DNA of 64,000 nucleotides from Candidatus Woesebacteria bacterium UBA5073 (GTDB lineage: Bacteria > Patescibacteriota > Microgenomatia > UBA8517), in contig DIAR01000010.1 of assembly GCA_002415845.1 (NCBI GenBank), forward strand, positions 12,920-76,919. Reading direction: 5' to 3'. Position numbers and translations under genes: made by a program. Each line of letters starts with the position of its first letter. The stretch's first letter is position 1. The notes under the pieces were generated by a model that worked only from the letters and a program-made list of their open reading frames with translations, did no database searches and was not told the DNA's origin. This document shows, one piece after another, positions 49,604 through 59,428 of this stretch.

Positions 49604-50654
49604 TCAGAAGATCGCTTACCCAAGCGTTCACTTTCGTCCAATCTCCGTCTTTGGGAATAAAAACATATTGATTGTCATATTCTGTGGTTGGTTTGGGATT
49701 AACTAAAAAGTCCTCGGATAAAACAACCGATCGGATATGACTACTCGCCTCTAAAAACTTTCGTCCCAAGATAGCCACCGCCGATGAATCAATATCCGTC
49801 TCGACCGAATTTACAAAAACTTTCCAAATACCAAACATTTTTTTAGGCGAAAGAAAAACAGACGGGTTTAACATTTTTGTTTTAATGGCCGAAAGCATTT
49901 TTTGCTGACGGGCTTCCCTGGCTAAATCCGTTCCCTCAACACCTGAAGAGTTCCTCGACCGGACATACTTTAAAGCCGTTGTTCCATCCATATGCATTTT
50001 TCCTTTTTCAAAAGTTATTGTTTCATAACGGCACTTATATTCCTTATCCCCGTCACATAAATCGTTTTCTTTACCATAAATGGGATATTTTTCATCGGTA
50101 AAAGAATTTTCAACCATGACGTCAATTCCTCCGATCACATCGATTGCTTTGGTAAAACCGGAAAAATCAATTACCAGCCCGTAATGAATCGGTTGTCCCA
50201 CAATTTCCCCAACCAGTGATTTAGCTAAATCCATTCCGCCCCATTCTTCTTTTTGTTTTCCCCAAAAATAGGCACTGTTTAACTTGGCCCTAATTTCCGG
50301 TACCCAGATATCTCTTGGTAAAGAAACCATTACGAGGGATGGTTTCTCAATGGAAAGCGAGGCGAAAATAATCGTGTCGGTTAAGTCGGGGGCCGTAAAA
50401 CCAGTTCCGCTTCGTCCCAGAATTAAAATATTGGTTCTCCCGGCAAAAGTTTTAATTTTTGTTTCCGGCGTAAACAAGAAATCGGTGATCAGGTGGCGAT
50501 TATTATATTTACCAAAAAAGAAACCGGCAAAAAGAAGAACGGAAACAAGGGAAACAAAAATGAGAAGAATTAGATTGAGCATCGCCTGTTTTTTTCTTCC
50601 CCCAATAGCCCCAACATCACCCTGCCTTTGATCTTTAGAATTGCTATACTGCAT
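49593..50654 (-). CDS. LytR-CpsA-Psr (LCP) family protein (start uncertain: 50654 or 50582)
   Basis: TM then NILILG, TDTI, SLPRDIW, KLNSAY, ALKYVRSR, DLAREARQQ. Confidence 0.92.
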   Translation of the reverse strand: MQYSNSKDQRQGDVGAIGGRKKQAMLNLILLIFVSLVSVLLFAGFFFGKYNNRHLITDFLFTPETKIKTFAGRTNILILGRSGTGFTAPDLTDTIIFASLSIEKPSLVMVSLPRDIWVPEIRAKLNSAYFWGKQKEEWGGMDLAKSLVGEIVGQPIHYGLVIDFSGFTKAIDVIGGIDVMVENSFTDEKYPIYGKENDLCDGDKEYKCRYETITFEKGKMHMDGTTALKYVRSRNSSGVEGTDLAREARQQKMLSAIKTKMLNPSVFLSPKKMFGIWKVFVNSVETDIDSSAVAILGRKFLEASSHIRSVVLSEDFLVNPKPTTEYDNQYVFIPKDGDWTKVNAWVSDLLTRN

Positions 50655-50658
50655 CGAT

Positions 50659-52560
50659 ATGACCATTTTATCGCATCAGGAGAGGATTACAAAGCTCCTT
50701 TTAGGCCTCAATAAAGAACAGGAAGAAGCCGTTACAACCAAAGAAAGATTGCTTTTAATTCTGGCAGGGGCCGGCAGCGGCAAAACCAAGGTTCTCACCC
50801 ACCGAATGGCTTATTTTTTAGCCAACGGTTTAAGCCCTGAAAACGTTCTTCTTTTAACTTTCACCAATAAAGCGGCTGAGGAAATGAAAAAAAGAGTGGT
50901 TAACCTGGTTGAAATTGCTCCTTTTTTTGCCGGAACATTTCACTCTTTTTGTGCCAGAATCTTAAGGCTTGATGGTCGAGACATTGGTATTCCCCCCGGC
51001 TTTTTAATTTATGACGAGCAGGATCAAAAAGATGCCGTTAAGGAAATCCTGAAAAATCTAAATTATTCATCCGATTCCTTTAACCCGAAATCAATTCTAA
51101 ATTCAATCTCGGAAATCAAAAATCAAATGCTTTCCCCCACACAGTACGCTGAATTTGCCCAGGGCGACTGGCAGGAAACGGTTCTTAAGGTTTACATTGA
51201 ATACGAAAAGTTCTTAAAAGAAGTCGGGGCCTTGGACTTTGACGACTTGCTCATTAAAACGGTCAAACTTTTTAAAGAAAGTCCCCAAACCTTAAATAAA
51301 TGGCAAAAGCGATTAACCAATATTTTTGTTGATGAATGGCAGGACACCAATAAAATCCAATACACCTTGATTAAACTCTTAATGACCCCAAACACTGACT
51401 TAAGTGTTGTGGGAGACGCTTCCCAATCAATTTATTCCTGGCGCGGAGCCGATTTTAGGAATATCACCAATTTAGTTAAAGACTTTCCAAAAATAAAAAT
51501 CATTAACCTGGAACAAAATTACCGTTCCACCCAAAACATCCTCGATGCCGCCAACGCCGTTATTTCCAAAAATACCGGGCACCCCATCCTTAAACTCTGG
51601 ACCGAAAACGACAAGGGTGAAAAGATAAATATCTACACAGCCAAAAACGGACTGGACGAAGCTGACTTTTTAGTCAATCGAATCGACGAGTTGGTAAAAA
51701 ACAAAATGGCCCTCTCCGATATGGCTGTGTTATTTCGCACCAATGCTCAATCCAGAGTTATTGAAGAAGCCTTTCTGCATAGCGGTATCCCTTATGTTTT
51801 AATCGGGGGTACCCGCTTTTATGACCGTAAGGAAATCAAAGATGTTTTAGCTTACCTTAAACTCTTGGTTAGACCAAAAGACAAAGTTTCCGAAAAAAGA
51901 TTAATCAAACTTGGAAAAAGAAGATTTGATAAATTTCTACTGTTTAAAGACGGGGTGAAAGATCCCGAGAATATGAAGACCTTGGATTTATTGGATTTGA
52001 TTTTGGAAAAAACGGATTATCTCTCGCTTTTTGAAAGAGAGTCGGAAGAAAATTTAGCCCGGTTGGAAAACATCAAGGAACTCCGTTCCGTCGCTACCGA
52101 GTTTTCAGATATCACCGAATTTTTGGAAAACGTAGCTTTAGTTGAAGCCGAACAAAACGCCAAAGGCAGACTTAAAAGAAATCTGGATGCCAATGCCGTT
52201 ACCTTAATGACCCTCCATGCCGCTAAAGGTCTTGAGTTTCCGGTCGTTTTTATTATTGGCTTAGAGGAGGGCTTATTTCCTCACGCCAAAGCTTTAATGG
52301 ACACGGGGCAATTGGAAGAAGAAAGAAGGTTGGCCTATGTCGGTATTACCCGAGCCAAGGATTTGTTGTATCTGTCATACGCCTCTCGAAGGCTTTATTT
52401 TGGCGAAAATGTTTCCAACCCGCCTTCCCGTTTTATAATGGATATACCGGAAAAACTAATAAAAGAAGTCGGAAGCTTTAAGGAGAAAAAAGGAAAAGTT
52501 TCTTCTGAGGATTCCGATTTCTATAGTTTTGACGATATAATCGATAAGTACATCAAATAA
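50659..52560 (+). CDS. pcrA: ATP-dependent DNA helicase PcrA/UvrD (likely start ATG 50659)
   Basis: AGAGSGKT, TFTNKAA, VDEWQDTN, LEQNYRST, TLHAAKGLEF, EERRLAYVGITRA. Confidence 0.93.
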   Translation: MTILSHQERITKLLLGLNKEQEEAVTTKERLLLILAGAGSGKTKVLTHRMAYFLANGLSPENVLLLTFTNKAAEEMKKRVVNLVEIAPFFAGTFHSFCARILRLDGRDIGIPPGFLIYDEQDQKDAVKEILKNLNYSSDSFNPKSILNSISEIKNQMLSPTQYAEFAQGDWQETVLKVYIEYEKFLKEVGALDFDDLLIKTVKLFKESPQTLNKWQKRLTNIFVDEWQDTNKIQYTLIKLLMTPNTDLSVVGDASQSIYSWRGADFRNITNLVKDFPKIKIINLEQNYRSTQNILDAANAVISKNTGHPILKLWTENDKGEKINIYTAKNGLDEADFLVNRIDELVKNKMALSDMAVLFRTNAQSRVIEEAFLHSGIPYVLIGGTRFYDRKEIKDVLAYLKLLVRPKDKVSEKRLIKLGKRRFDKFLLFKDGVKDPENMKTLDLLDLILEKTDYLSLFERESEENLARLENIKELRSVATEFSDITEFLENVALVEAEQNAKGRLKRNLDANAVTLMTLHAAKGLEFPVVFIIGLEEGLFPHAKALMDTGQLEEERRLAYVGITRAKDLLYLSYASRRLYFGENVSNPPSRFIMDIPEKLIKEVGSFKEKKGKVSSEDSDFYSFDDIIDKYIK

Positions 52561-52562
52561 TT

Positions 52563-53525
52563 ATGGAGGAAACAAATAAAGAGGCATTTAACCAAGTAGC
52601 TACCCATCCACTACAGTCCTGGGCTTGGGGCGAATTTCGAAAAGCCTGGGGTAATCAGGTTGTTCGATTCCCCTTCGGTCAAATAACTGTTCACAAACTT
52701 CCTTTCTTACCCTTTTCGATTGCCATGTTTATTAAGGGTCCGAAACCAAACAAAGAAATGTTTTCAGTTTTAAAAGAATATGCCGCCAAAAACAAAATTA
52801 TCTTTATTCGAATGGAACCGAATATTGAAAAGGACGAAAAAATAATCTCTTTCCTAAAACAAAATCGTTGTCAGCCGGGACGAAGGCTTTTTACACCAAC
52901 CACTTTCTTAATTGATTTGGCCAAATCCGAGGAAGAACTTCTGAAAAGTTTCTCTTCCAAAACCCGCTATAACATCAGACTAGCCCAAAAACACGGCGTT
53001 ACTGTTTCCGAAGATAATTCCGAGAAAGCTTTTAAGGCTTATTTAAGATTAACCGAAGAAACAACAACCAGACAAGGTTTTTATGCCCATTCACAAAAAT
53101 ATCATCAGTTAATGTGGAATACTTTGCGGAAGGAAAACATTGCCCACCTTCTCACTGCTTCTTATAAAGGAGAATTTATTACCACCTGGATTCTTTTTGT
53201 CTGGAAAGATCATCTTTATTACCCTTATGGCGCCTCAACCGAAAAGTTTAAAAACGTTATGGCTAATAATTTAATGATGTGGGAAGCCATAAAACTTGGG
53301 AGGAAATTAAACCTTACCACTTTTGATTTGTGGGGCCGGGAAGAGGGCAAGGGCTTCACTAAATTTAAAGAAGGTTACAACCCCAAAGTGTTTGCATTTA
53401 TCGGCACTTGGGATTTAATCACTAGCCCACTTTATTACCCCTACACCATCCTGGAAAAGTTAAGGTGGGTTGTCTTAAAAGCTTTAGCCAAATTAGGTTT
53501 TGCCAAAGCCAAATTTAATGCCTGA
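52563..53525 (+). CDS. FemABX family peptidoglycan bridge aminoacyltransferase
   Basis: HPLQSWAWGEF, KTRYNIRLA, YPYGAS, FDLWG, GFTKFKEGY. Confidence 0.9.
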   Translation: MEETNKEAFNQVATHPLQSWAWGEFRKAWGNQVVRFPFGQITVHKLPFLPFSIAMFIKGPKPNKEMFSVLKEYAAKNKIIFIRMEPNIEKDEKIISFLKQNRCQPGRRLFTPTTFLIDLAKSEEELLKSFSSKTRYNIRLAQKHGVTVSEDNSEKAFKAYLRLTEETTTRQGFYAHSQKYHQLMWNTLRKENIAHLLTASYKGEFITTWILFVWKDHLYYPYGASTEKFKNVMANNLMMWEAIKLGRKLNLTTFDLWGREEGKGFTKFKEGYNPKVFAFIGTWDLITSPLYYPYTILEKLRWVVLKALAKLGFAKAKFNA

Positions 53526-54315
53526 TATTCGTCAAACCCCGGCCTATGCCCAATATTTAACAAAGATTGGTTGGACAGTTGAAACCAACAAAGATGTTAA
53601 TTACTTCATAAAAAAACTGCCTTTGTTGGGAAGCGTCCTTAAAATTCAAAGACCGGAAAAACTGGATTTTAAATTTATTAAAAGTCTGGGAAAAAAATAT
53701 CACGTTTTTCAAACTATTATCGAACCCCATAAAAAGTTATTTTCGCAACATGGTTTTAAACAAATAAAATCTACTTATTTACCCTCAAAGACTTTAATCC
53801 TTGATTTAACCAAATCGGAAAAGGAAATCTTTAACAATTTCCAAAAAGACGCCAAATCGGCCATTAATAAAAACAAAAAAACAAAAGTTACAGAAATTAA
53901 AAACCTTAAAGCTTTTAGAATTTCTTGGAAGAAGACCGTTACAAATAAAAGATATGTTCCACCTCTTACCCACCTTCAAGCCTTAAAAGAATCTTTTAAG
54001 AAAAAATCATTATTTTTATTGGATTCCGATAATTCTGCCGGGGCCATCTTTTTAATTGGTGATAAAACCGGTTATTACTGGCAAGCCTTCACTAACAAAG
54101 ACGGTAGAAAAAAACAAAAACAATATAAAATCGTTTGGGAAGGAATTGCTTGGGCCAAGAAAAACAAATGCAAAAGGTTTGATTTCGAAGGTATATATGA
54201 CGAAAGGTTTCCTAATAAATCCTGGAAGGGTTTTTCCCACTTCAAAAAAAGTTTTAGTGGAGAAGAAATAAGTTATCCCGGCTGTTTTGTGAAATATAAT
54301 CTATTTAAATTATGA
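53518..54315 (+). CDS. Second, shorter FemABX-like protein (likely start ATG 53518)
   Basis: DIRQT, TLILDL, FDFEGI, WKGFSHFKKSF. Confidence 0.8.
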   Translation: MPDIRQTPAYAQYLTKIGWTVETNKDVNYFIKKLPLLGSVLKIQRPEKLDFKFIKSLGKKYHVFQTIIEPHKKLFSQHGFKQIKSTYLPSKTLILDLTKSEKEIFNNFQKDAKSAINKNKKTKVTEIKNLKAFRISWKKTVTNKRYVPPLTHLQALKESFKKKSLFLLDSDNSAGAIFLIGDKTGYYWQAFTNKDGRKKQKQYKIVWEGIAWAKKNKCKRFDFEGIYDERFPNKSWKGFSHFKKSFSGEEISYPGCFVKYNLFKL

Positions 54316-54635
54316 AGGCCATATCATTAAAACAACCCTGGGCCAATTTGGTTGCTTCTGGTAAAAAAACTATCGAAACCAGAAAATGGTCAACCAATTA
54401 CCGGGGCGATTTGATCATTTGTTCTTCCAAAAAACCTGATATTTATCCCGCCGGTTATGCTCTTTGTATCGTTGAGCTTTATGACGTCAAACCCATGACC
54501 GTTAAAGATGAGAAAAAGGCCTGTATCAAAGTTTACCCTAAAGCCCACAGCTGGTTTTTAAGAAACATCAGATCAATTAAGCCAATCGCACTAGTTAAGG
54601 GTCATCTGGGAATTTATGACTTGAGGTTAAAGTAG
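54312..54635 (+). CDS. ASCH domain protein
   Basis: KAISLKQPWA.L..GKKTIETRKW.T.YRG. Confidence 0.9.
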   Translation: MKAISLKQPWANLVASGKKTIETRKWSTNYRGDLIICSSKKPDIYPAGYALCIVELYDVKPMTVKDEKKACIKVYPKAHSWFLRNIRSIKPIALVKGHLGIYDLRLK

Positions 54636-55105
54636 GATAAGATTTTCTCTTTGTTCTCTTCGATTAATTGTTTTTGTTCCGGCCAAAAGAAGGAGGGTAT
54701 ATCATCTAAATCAAACCACTCTAAAATTAAATCTTCTTCACCATCTTGCAGCTTTTGATTTCCTTCCATCTGTTCCGTTGAAAAAAGAAAATAATCTATA
54801 ACTGCCCAAAAACTCTTGTCAAAAGTTAATCGTCCCTTCTGACCTAAATAGGTCAAATATTTTAGTTTGTTTAACCCTGTTTCTTCCTCTATCTCTCTTT
54901 CTGCCGCCTGTTTAACCGACTCGGCATTTTCAATACCACCTTTGGGAATCATGTAATCATGAAATTTTGTATCCCTTATTAAGGCAATTTTAATTTGCTT
55001 ATTTTCCCTTCTTGCCACAATACCCCCCGCAGCCTTTCTCGTTTCAATTCCATCAGGTTTTACAAACCAACTATTATCAATTTTTGTATCAGCCTTCATA
55101 TCCAC
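54614..55105 (-). CDS. NUDIX hydrolase
   Basis: Nudix box PKGGIENAESVKQAAEREIEEETG. Confidence 0.9.
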   Translation of the reverse strand: MDMKADTKIDNSWFVKPDGIETRKAAGGIVARRENKQIKIALIRDTKFHDYMIPKGGIENAESVKQAAEREIEEETGLNKLKYLTYLGQKGRLTFDKSFWAVIDYFLFSTEQMEGNQKLQDGEEDLILEWFDLDDIPSFFWPEQKQLIEENKEKILSYFNLKS

Positions 55106-58001
55106 AGATTAAAGAATACTCACAACTTTTGCAAAGGATGCTTTTGGAACAGGCAAAATCCGAGGTTTCAATTTCTTTTTTGGTTTTGAATATTTCCGTA
55201 ATCGTTTTTTCAAGTTCTTCTTTAGTTCTCACACTTTGAATCTTTTTTTGATTGTCAAAATAATAAAGGGTTAAAACAACATCTTTGGGATCTTTTTCGA
55301 AAGGTTGTCCTTTGATCTTCATTGCCGCCAGCGCATAGAAGTTAAGTTGTAGGTCCTTATCAACATCTTTTTGTGTCGGGACATTAGCACCGGTTTTATA
55401 ATCGATAATTTCGATTCTACCATCAGGTAGGGCGTCAACCCTGTCAATTTTCCCACCGATTTTTAAATATTCTCCATTTAAAGTTAACGGAACAACAAAC
55501 TGCTGTTCCAATAAAAGCGGTAAGTTTTTGGGGTTAAATTCTTTTTTCAAGAAATCGGATAAAAACATCTTCCCTTTTTCCAAAAACTTTTTCTCATGTA
55601 TCTTTCCTTTGTAACCATCCTTAATCCAGTCATCTTTTAAAATTTCGAATAGTAGCTTTTCGGAAGGTTTGGCCCCCTCTTTTACTTTTAAATAAAAATC
55701 CTTCAGGGTTACGTGAATAGTTGAACCAAAACTTAAAGAGGCCGATTGGGGCGTTGGAATTTTATAGAGGTATTTTAATTTATAATGCAAAGGACAATTT
55801 TTAAAAGTTTCAATTTGGGAATAAGACAAATAATCAACATGTAAGGGGGCCTTAGTAATTTTACTTAAAGGTTGTGTTTTATAATCCAAAAAGCTTAATT
55901 GTTTGAGGTTGTCGAGTTTTTGTTCTGATGAAACGGCCTTATCACCTAAAGCTTCAAAAATAAAAGGCGAGAGACGTTTTTCTCTTTTGGCCTCTCCGTA
56001 ATAGTCGGCGGCCGTTAAAAAAAGCCTTTCTTTGGCTCGGGTCATACCAACATAGAAAAGTCGGCGTTCTTCTTCCATATGATAATCCCCAACTGGTAAA
56101 ACTTCTTTAATCAACTCATCCGGTATGGGAATGGTTTCTCTTCGCTCCACTGTTGGGAACCTTTGTCCAACCAGGTTAACCAAAAAAACCACCGGAAATT
56201 CCAATCCCTTGGCGCTGTGAACGGTTAAGATGTTCACGGCGTCAACTTCCGTCCAGTCGTTATCCGAAGCCAACGGTGATTCACCCAGTTCCCGGGATAG
56301 TTCCAAAAAATCAACAACAACAAAGACACTGGCATCTTCATGGTCGACTTCATAGCTTTTCAGCTTGTCAAAAAACTTGGCAACGTTCTTGGCTTTTCTT
56401 TCGGCTTCAACGGAAGCAGGGTTTAAAAGTTTGGGTAAAAGTTTTGTCTCTTCCAGAAAATAGTAAAGAAGTTGTCCGGCCGTTTCTTTTTTCATTAGTC
56501 CCAGGTGTTTATTAATTAAAGCCGTTAGGTATTTAATTTTCTCTTTCCCCTTTTCGGACAGATAAAGTTGGTCGGCTTTCTCACAGGCTTCAAATAAAGA
56601 GAGGTTTGACCTTTTGGCAAAAGCTCCTAAGGTTGCCAAATCACGACCCGGAATATCAAAATATTCAATTGATAATAATCTGAAAAAAGAAACCGAATCT
56701 TCAAAATTGTATAAAACCTTCAAATAAGAAATCAGATCAATGACTTCAGCCTGTTTATACAATCTCCCCGGTCCTAAAAATTGGAAAGGTAAGCCTTTCC
56801 GAGATAAAGCCCTGCCAAAGGGTTCGGCATGATTGTTGGCCCTGACCAAAATCGCAAAATCACGAAAGTCATACTTTTCCTCTCTTATAAGATCGCTAAT
56901 TGTTTTAGCAACTAATTCAGCTTCGTTTTCGACCCGGTCGCAGTGGATAAATTTAACTTCCTCACCGTCTTTGGCCACCAGCGATTTTAATTTCTTGTCG
57001 ATATTTTCAACCACTTCAAGCCGGTCCGGATTATTTTTCTGAATTAAATCATATGAGCGATCCAAAATTTCCTGGGTTGAGCGGTAGTTCTTGGTTAAAA
57101 CGACAATTTTAAGTTTGGGAAAACTTTTCCGAAACTGAACAATATTGGAAACGGCGGCACCGCGGAAACGATAAACGCTTTGATCATCATCGCCGCAAAC
57201 GGTAATGTTTTGGTCTTTACCAACCAATAATTTGGCTAATTCATTTTGAGCAAAGTTAGTATCCTGAAATTCATCAATCAAAATATATTTAAACTGATCA
57301 CGATAAGTTTTTAAAATGTTCTTCCTCTGTCGAAAAAGGTTTAAGGTTTTAATAATCAAATCGCCAAAATCCAAATAACCTTCTTTAATTTTTAATTCGT
57401 CATATGTTTTATAAGCGTTTGAGAGTTCAATTAATTTTTTTAACTCCAACTTATCTTCTTCAGAAAGGTTCTTTTTTGTTTTTTTCTTCTGGATATATTT
57501 GGCGTAATCATCCGGAGTTACATCTTCATCCTGCAGTCGGGAAAAGTGTTGCAACATGCCTTCAATAAATTTATTGGGGTTGCCCAGTGGCCTAAAATAA
57601 TTAAGATTAAAAGAAAATAAATTCTTTCGGATTAAAGCCACAGCTTCGGCTTCGGATAAAAGTTTATAGCGGGGATTTAAACCAATATGCAAGGCTTCTC
57701 TACGCAAGATTCTGTCACAGAAGGAATGGAAAGTGGAAATCCACATTTGGGTATAACCATATGGCATGGCCAGATCAACTCTTTCTTCCATTTCCTTGGC
57801 TGCTTTTTCGGTAAAGGTTAAAGCTAAAATTTCTTCGGGTTTGGCTAACTTGCCGAAAATAAGGTATTTTATTCGCTCGGTAATAACCGTCGTTTTCCCG
57901 GTTCCGGCCCCGGCAATGATTAAGAGCGGCCCGTTTTTGTGTTTAACGGCTTCTAATTGTTCCTTGTTTAATTTCTGTGAGGAAGATACTTTTGCGGCCA
58001 T
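55089..58001 (-). CDS. UvrD-type helicase fused to a PD-(D/E)XK nuclease with Fe-S cysteines (AdnAB/AddAB-like; likely start ATG 58001)
   Basis: AGAGTGKT, DEFQD, EEERRLFYVGMTRA; C-terminal LSYS..CP, GKIDRVD, IIDYKTG, QL.FY, CxxCx5C. Confidence 0.9.
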   Translation of the reverse strand: MAAKVSSSQKLNKEQLEAVKHKNGPLLIIAGAGTGKTTVITERIKYLIFGKLAKPEEILALTFTEKAAKEMEERVDLAMPYGYTQMWISTFHSFCDRILRREALHIGLNPRYKLLSEAEAVALIRKNLFSFNLNYFRPLGNPNKFIEGMLQHFSRLQDEDVTPDDYAKYIQKKKTKKNLSEEDKLELKKLIELSNAYKTYDELKIKEGYLDFGDLIIKTLNLFRQRKNILKTYRDQFKYILIDEFQDTNFAQNELAKLLVGKDQNITVCGDDDQSVYRFRGAAVSNIVQFRKSFPKLKIVVLTKNYRSTQEILDRSYDLIQKNNPDRLEVVENIDKKLKSLVAKDGEEVKFIHCDRVENEAELVAKTISDLIREEKYDFRDFAILVRANNHAEPFGRALSRKGLPFQFLGPGRLYKQAEVIDLISYLKVLYNFEDSVSFFRLLSIEYFDIPGRDLATLGAFAKRSNLSLFEACEKADQLYLSEKGKEKIKYLTALINKHLGLMKKETAGQLLYYFLEETKLLPKLLNPASVEAERKAKNVAKFFDKLKSYEVDHEDASVFVVVDFLELSRELGESPLASDNDWTEVDAVNILTVHSAKGLEFPVVFLVNLVGQRFPTVERRETIPIPDELIKEVLPVGDYHMEEERRLFYVGMTRAKERLFLTAADYYGEAKREKRLSPFIFEALGDKAVSSEQKLDNLKQLSFLDYKTQPLSKITKAPLHVDYLSYSQIETFKNCPLHYKLKYLYKIPTPQSASLSFGSTIHVTLKDFYLKVKEGAKPSEKLLFEILKDDWIKDGYKGKIHEKKFLEKGKMFLSDFLKKEFNPKNLPLLLEQQFVVPLTLNGEYLKIGGKIDRVDALPDGRIEIIDYKTGANVPTQKDVDKDLQLNFYALAAMKIKGQPFEKDPKDVVLTLYYFDNQKKIQSVRTKEELEKTITEIFKTKKEIETSDFACSKSILCKSCEYSLICGYEG

Positions 58002-58002
58002 G

Positions 58003-59001
58003 TTATTCTTCTGACCTTCCAATTTCTTTTTTAACATTTCCGCCCAAATTTTTGGTTGAGGAAATCTTCTGTCCCAATTGCCTGAAAGAAGTCGTTACCG
58101 TACTAATGGTGTTATAAGCGTTGTTAACGTGTTTTTGCAAAACGCCTAAGTTATCCTCAACTTTGTAATAATCTTTTTGAATGGCCCGAAGGGATGCCAA
58201 AATTTCCCTGGCTTTGGCTTCAATCTTTTGACCTTCAAAACTCATAAGGATGGCTCGGAGATATGCATAAAAAGTAGTTGGGGAGACGGGAAGAACTCTT
58301 TTCTCGCTACCATAATCAAACAGTCTTTGGTTGTTAACAACTTCGTAATAAACCGACTCCGACGGAATATACATCAGGGCATAATCAATCGTTCCCTCTT
58401 CGGTTAAGATGTATTTTCGGGAAATATCATCAATGTGTCCCTTAACGTCACCCTCGAAGGCTTTCTCATAAACTTTCTTTTCGGCTTCCGTTTGGGCCGC
58501 ATTTAGTTTCCGGAAGTTTTCCATCGGAAACTTGGAATCAACCGGAATAATACCGCCCGAGGTTTTAATGGCCGCATCAACTTTTTCACCTGACTTAAAA
58601 GTGTATTGAAGATTAAAGGAGGCTTTTGGCAGGAATTGTCCCAAAAGTTCTTTTAAAACCTGTTCGCCGATATTGCCCCTAAGTTTTGGGCTTTGCAAAA
58701 ATTCCTGCAGGTCTTTCATTCCCCGTCCGATTTCGCTCATTTCCCCAATGTTTCTTTTAACATCAGAAATGACCCTGGCTGCATTATCCAGTCTTTCGTT
58801 TAAGGATTGGGTGTTTCTGTCCAGCGAGTCCATCATGATTTTGCGGTCTTCCTTGCCTCCAACCTGAAGCATTTTGATAACTTCCAGGAGTTCGTCCGAA
58901 GGTTTCTGGGACTCCTTCAATTCTGTTAATTTTTTGTTGATAAAAATAGCCAAGATAACCAAAACGGCTAAGACAATTACTAAAACAATAACCGGGTCCA
59001 T
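58003..59001 (-). CDS. rmuC: DNA recombination protein RmuC
   Basis: N-terminal TM, coiled coil, PKLRGNIGE, PVDSKFP, MYIPSESVY, SPTT. Confidence 0.92.
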   Translation of the reverse strand: MDPVIVLVIVLAVLVILAIFINKKLTELKESQKPSDELLEVIKMLQVGGKEDRKIMMDSLDRNTQSLNERLDNAARVISDVKRNIGEMSEIGRGMKDLQEFLQSPKLRGNIGEQVLKELLGQFLPKASFNLQYTFKSGEKVDAAIKTSGGIIPVDSKFPMENFRKLNAAQTEAEKKVYEKAFEGDVKGHIDDISRKYILTEEGTIDYALMYIPSESVYYEVVNNQRLFDYGSEKRVLPVSPTTFYAYLRAILMSFEGQKIEAKAREILASLRAIQKDYYKVEDNLGVLQKHVNNAYNTISTVTTSFRQLGQKISSTKNLGGNVKKEIGRSEE

Positions 59002-59034
59002 AATCTTGCCATTTTAACACCGCTTTGGTTTAAA

Positions 59035-59391
59035 ATGAAACCAGTGAATAAACAAAAACAAAGACAGGAAAACAGAAAAAAAAGAAAAAACTTTCTACCG
59101 ACTCTTCTTTTAACAATCCTTCTTTGGATTTCTCTCTTTTTTTTAATTTATTTTGTTGAACCGGATACTTTTGGCGTTGTTCCTCTCTTTTTCTTTTTAA
59201 TCTTCTTTGCTTTTCTTTTTTCCTTTGCCACTCTTTTAGCCGATTCCAGACGCGGTTTATCAATTTCCGTTTTTTTAACCCTCTTTTTAATCCTGAGGTA
59301 CTTTGGTATTGGGAATATCCTAAATTTACTTTTGTTACTTGGTCTTTTTATCACTTCTGAAGTCTACTTTTTGAAAAACAAATCCTCTTGA
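59035..59391 (+). CDS. Small multi-pass membrane protein
   Basis: Basic N-terminus then 3-4 hydrophobic helices. Confidence 0.65.
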   Translation: MKPVNKQKQRQENRKKRKNFLPTLLLTILLWISLFFLIYFVEPDTFGVVPLFFFLIFFAFLFSFATLLADSRRGLSISVFLTLFLILRYFGIGNILNLLLLLGLFITSEVYFLKNKSS

Positions 59392-59428
59392 CGGGAAAAC
59401 TTGGGTTGTTATACTTGACGCCAAGTAT
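59388..59428 (+). promoter_or_regulatory. Promoter with overlapping 18-bp TrpR-box-like palindrome
   Basis: TTGACG-N16-TATACT (extended TGT); ATACTTG-ACGC-CAAGTAT at 59411-59428. Confidence 0.65.

Noticed and set aside
55089-55800. Cas4 gene
   Set aside because: The Cas4-like nuclease/Fe-S motifs are the C-terminal domain of a UvrD fusion, with no CRISPR context.
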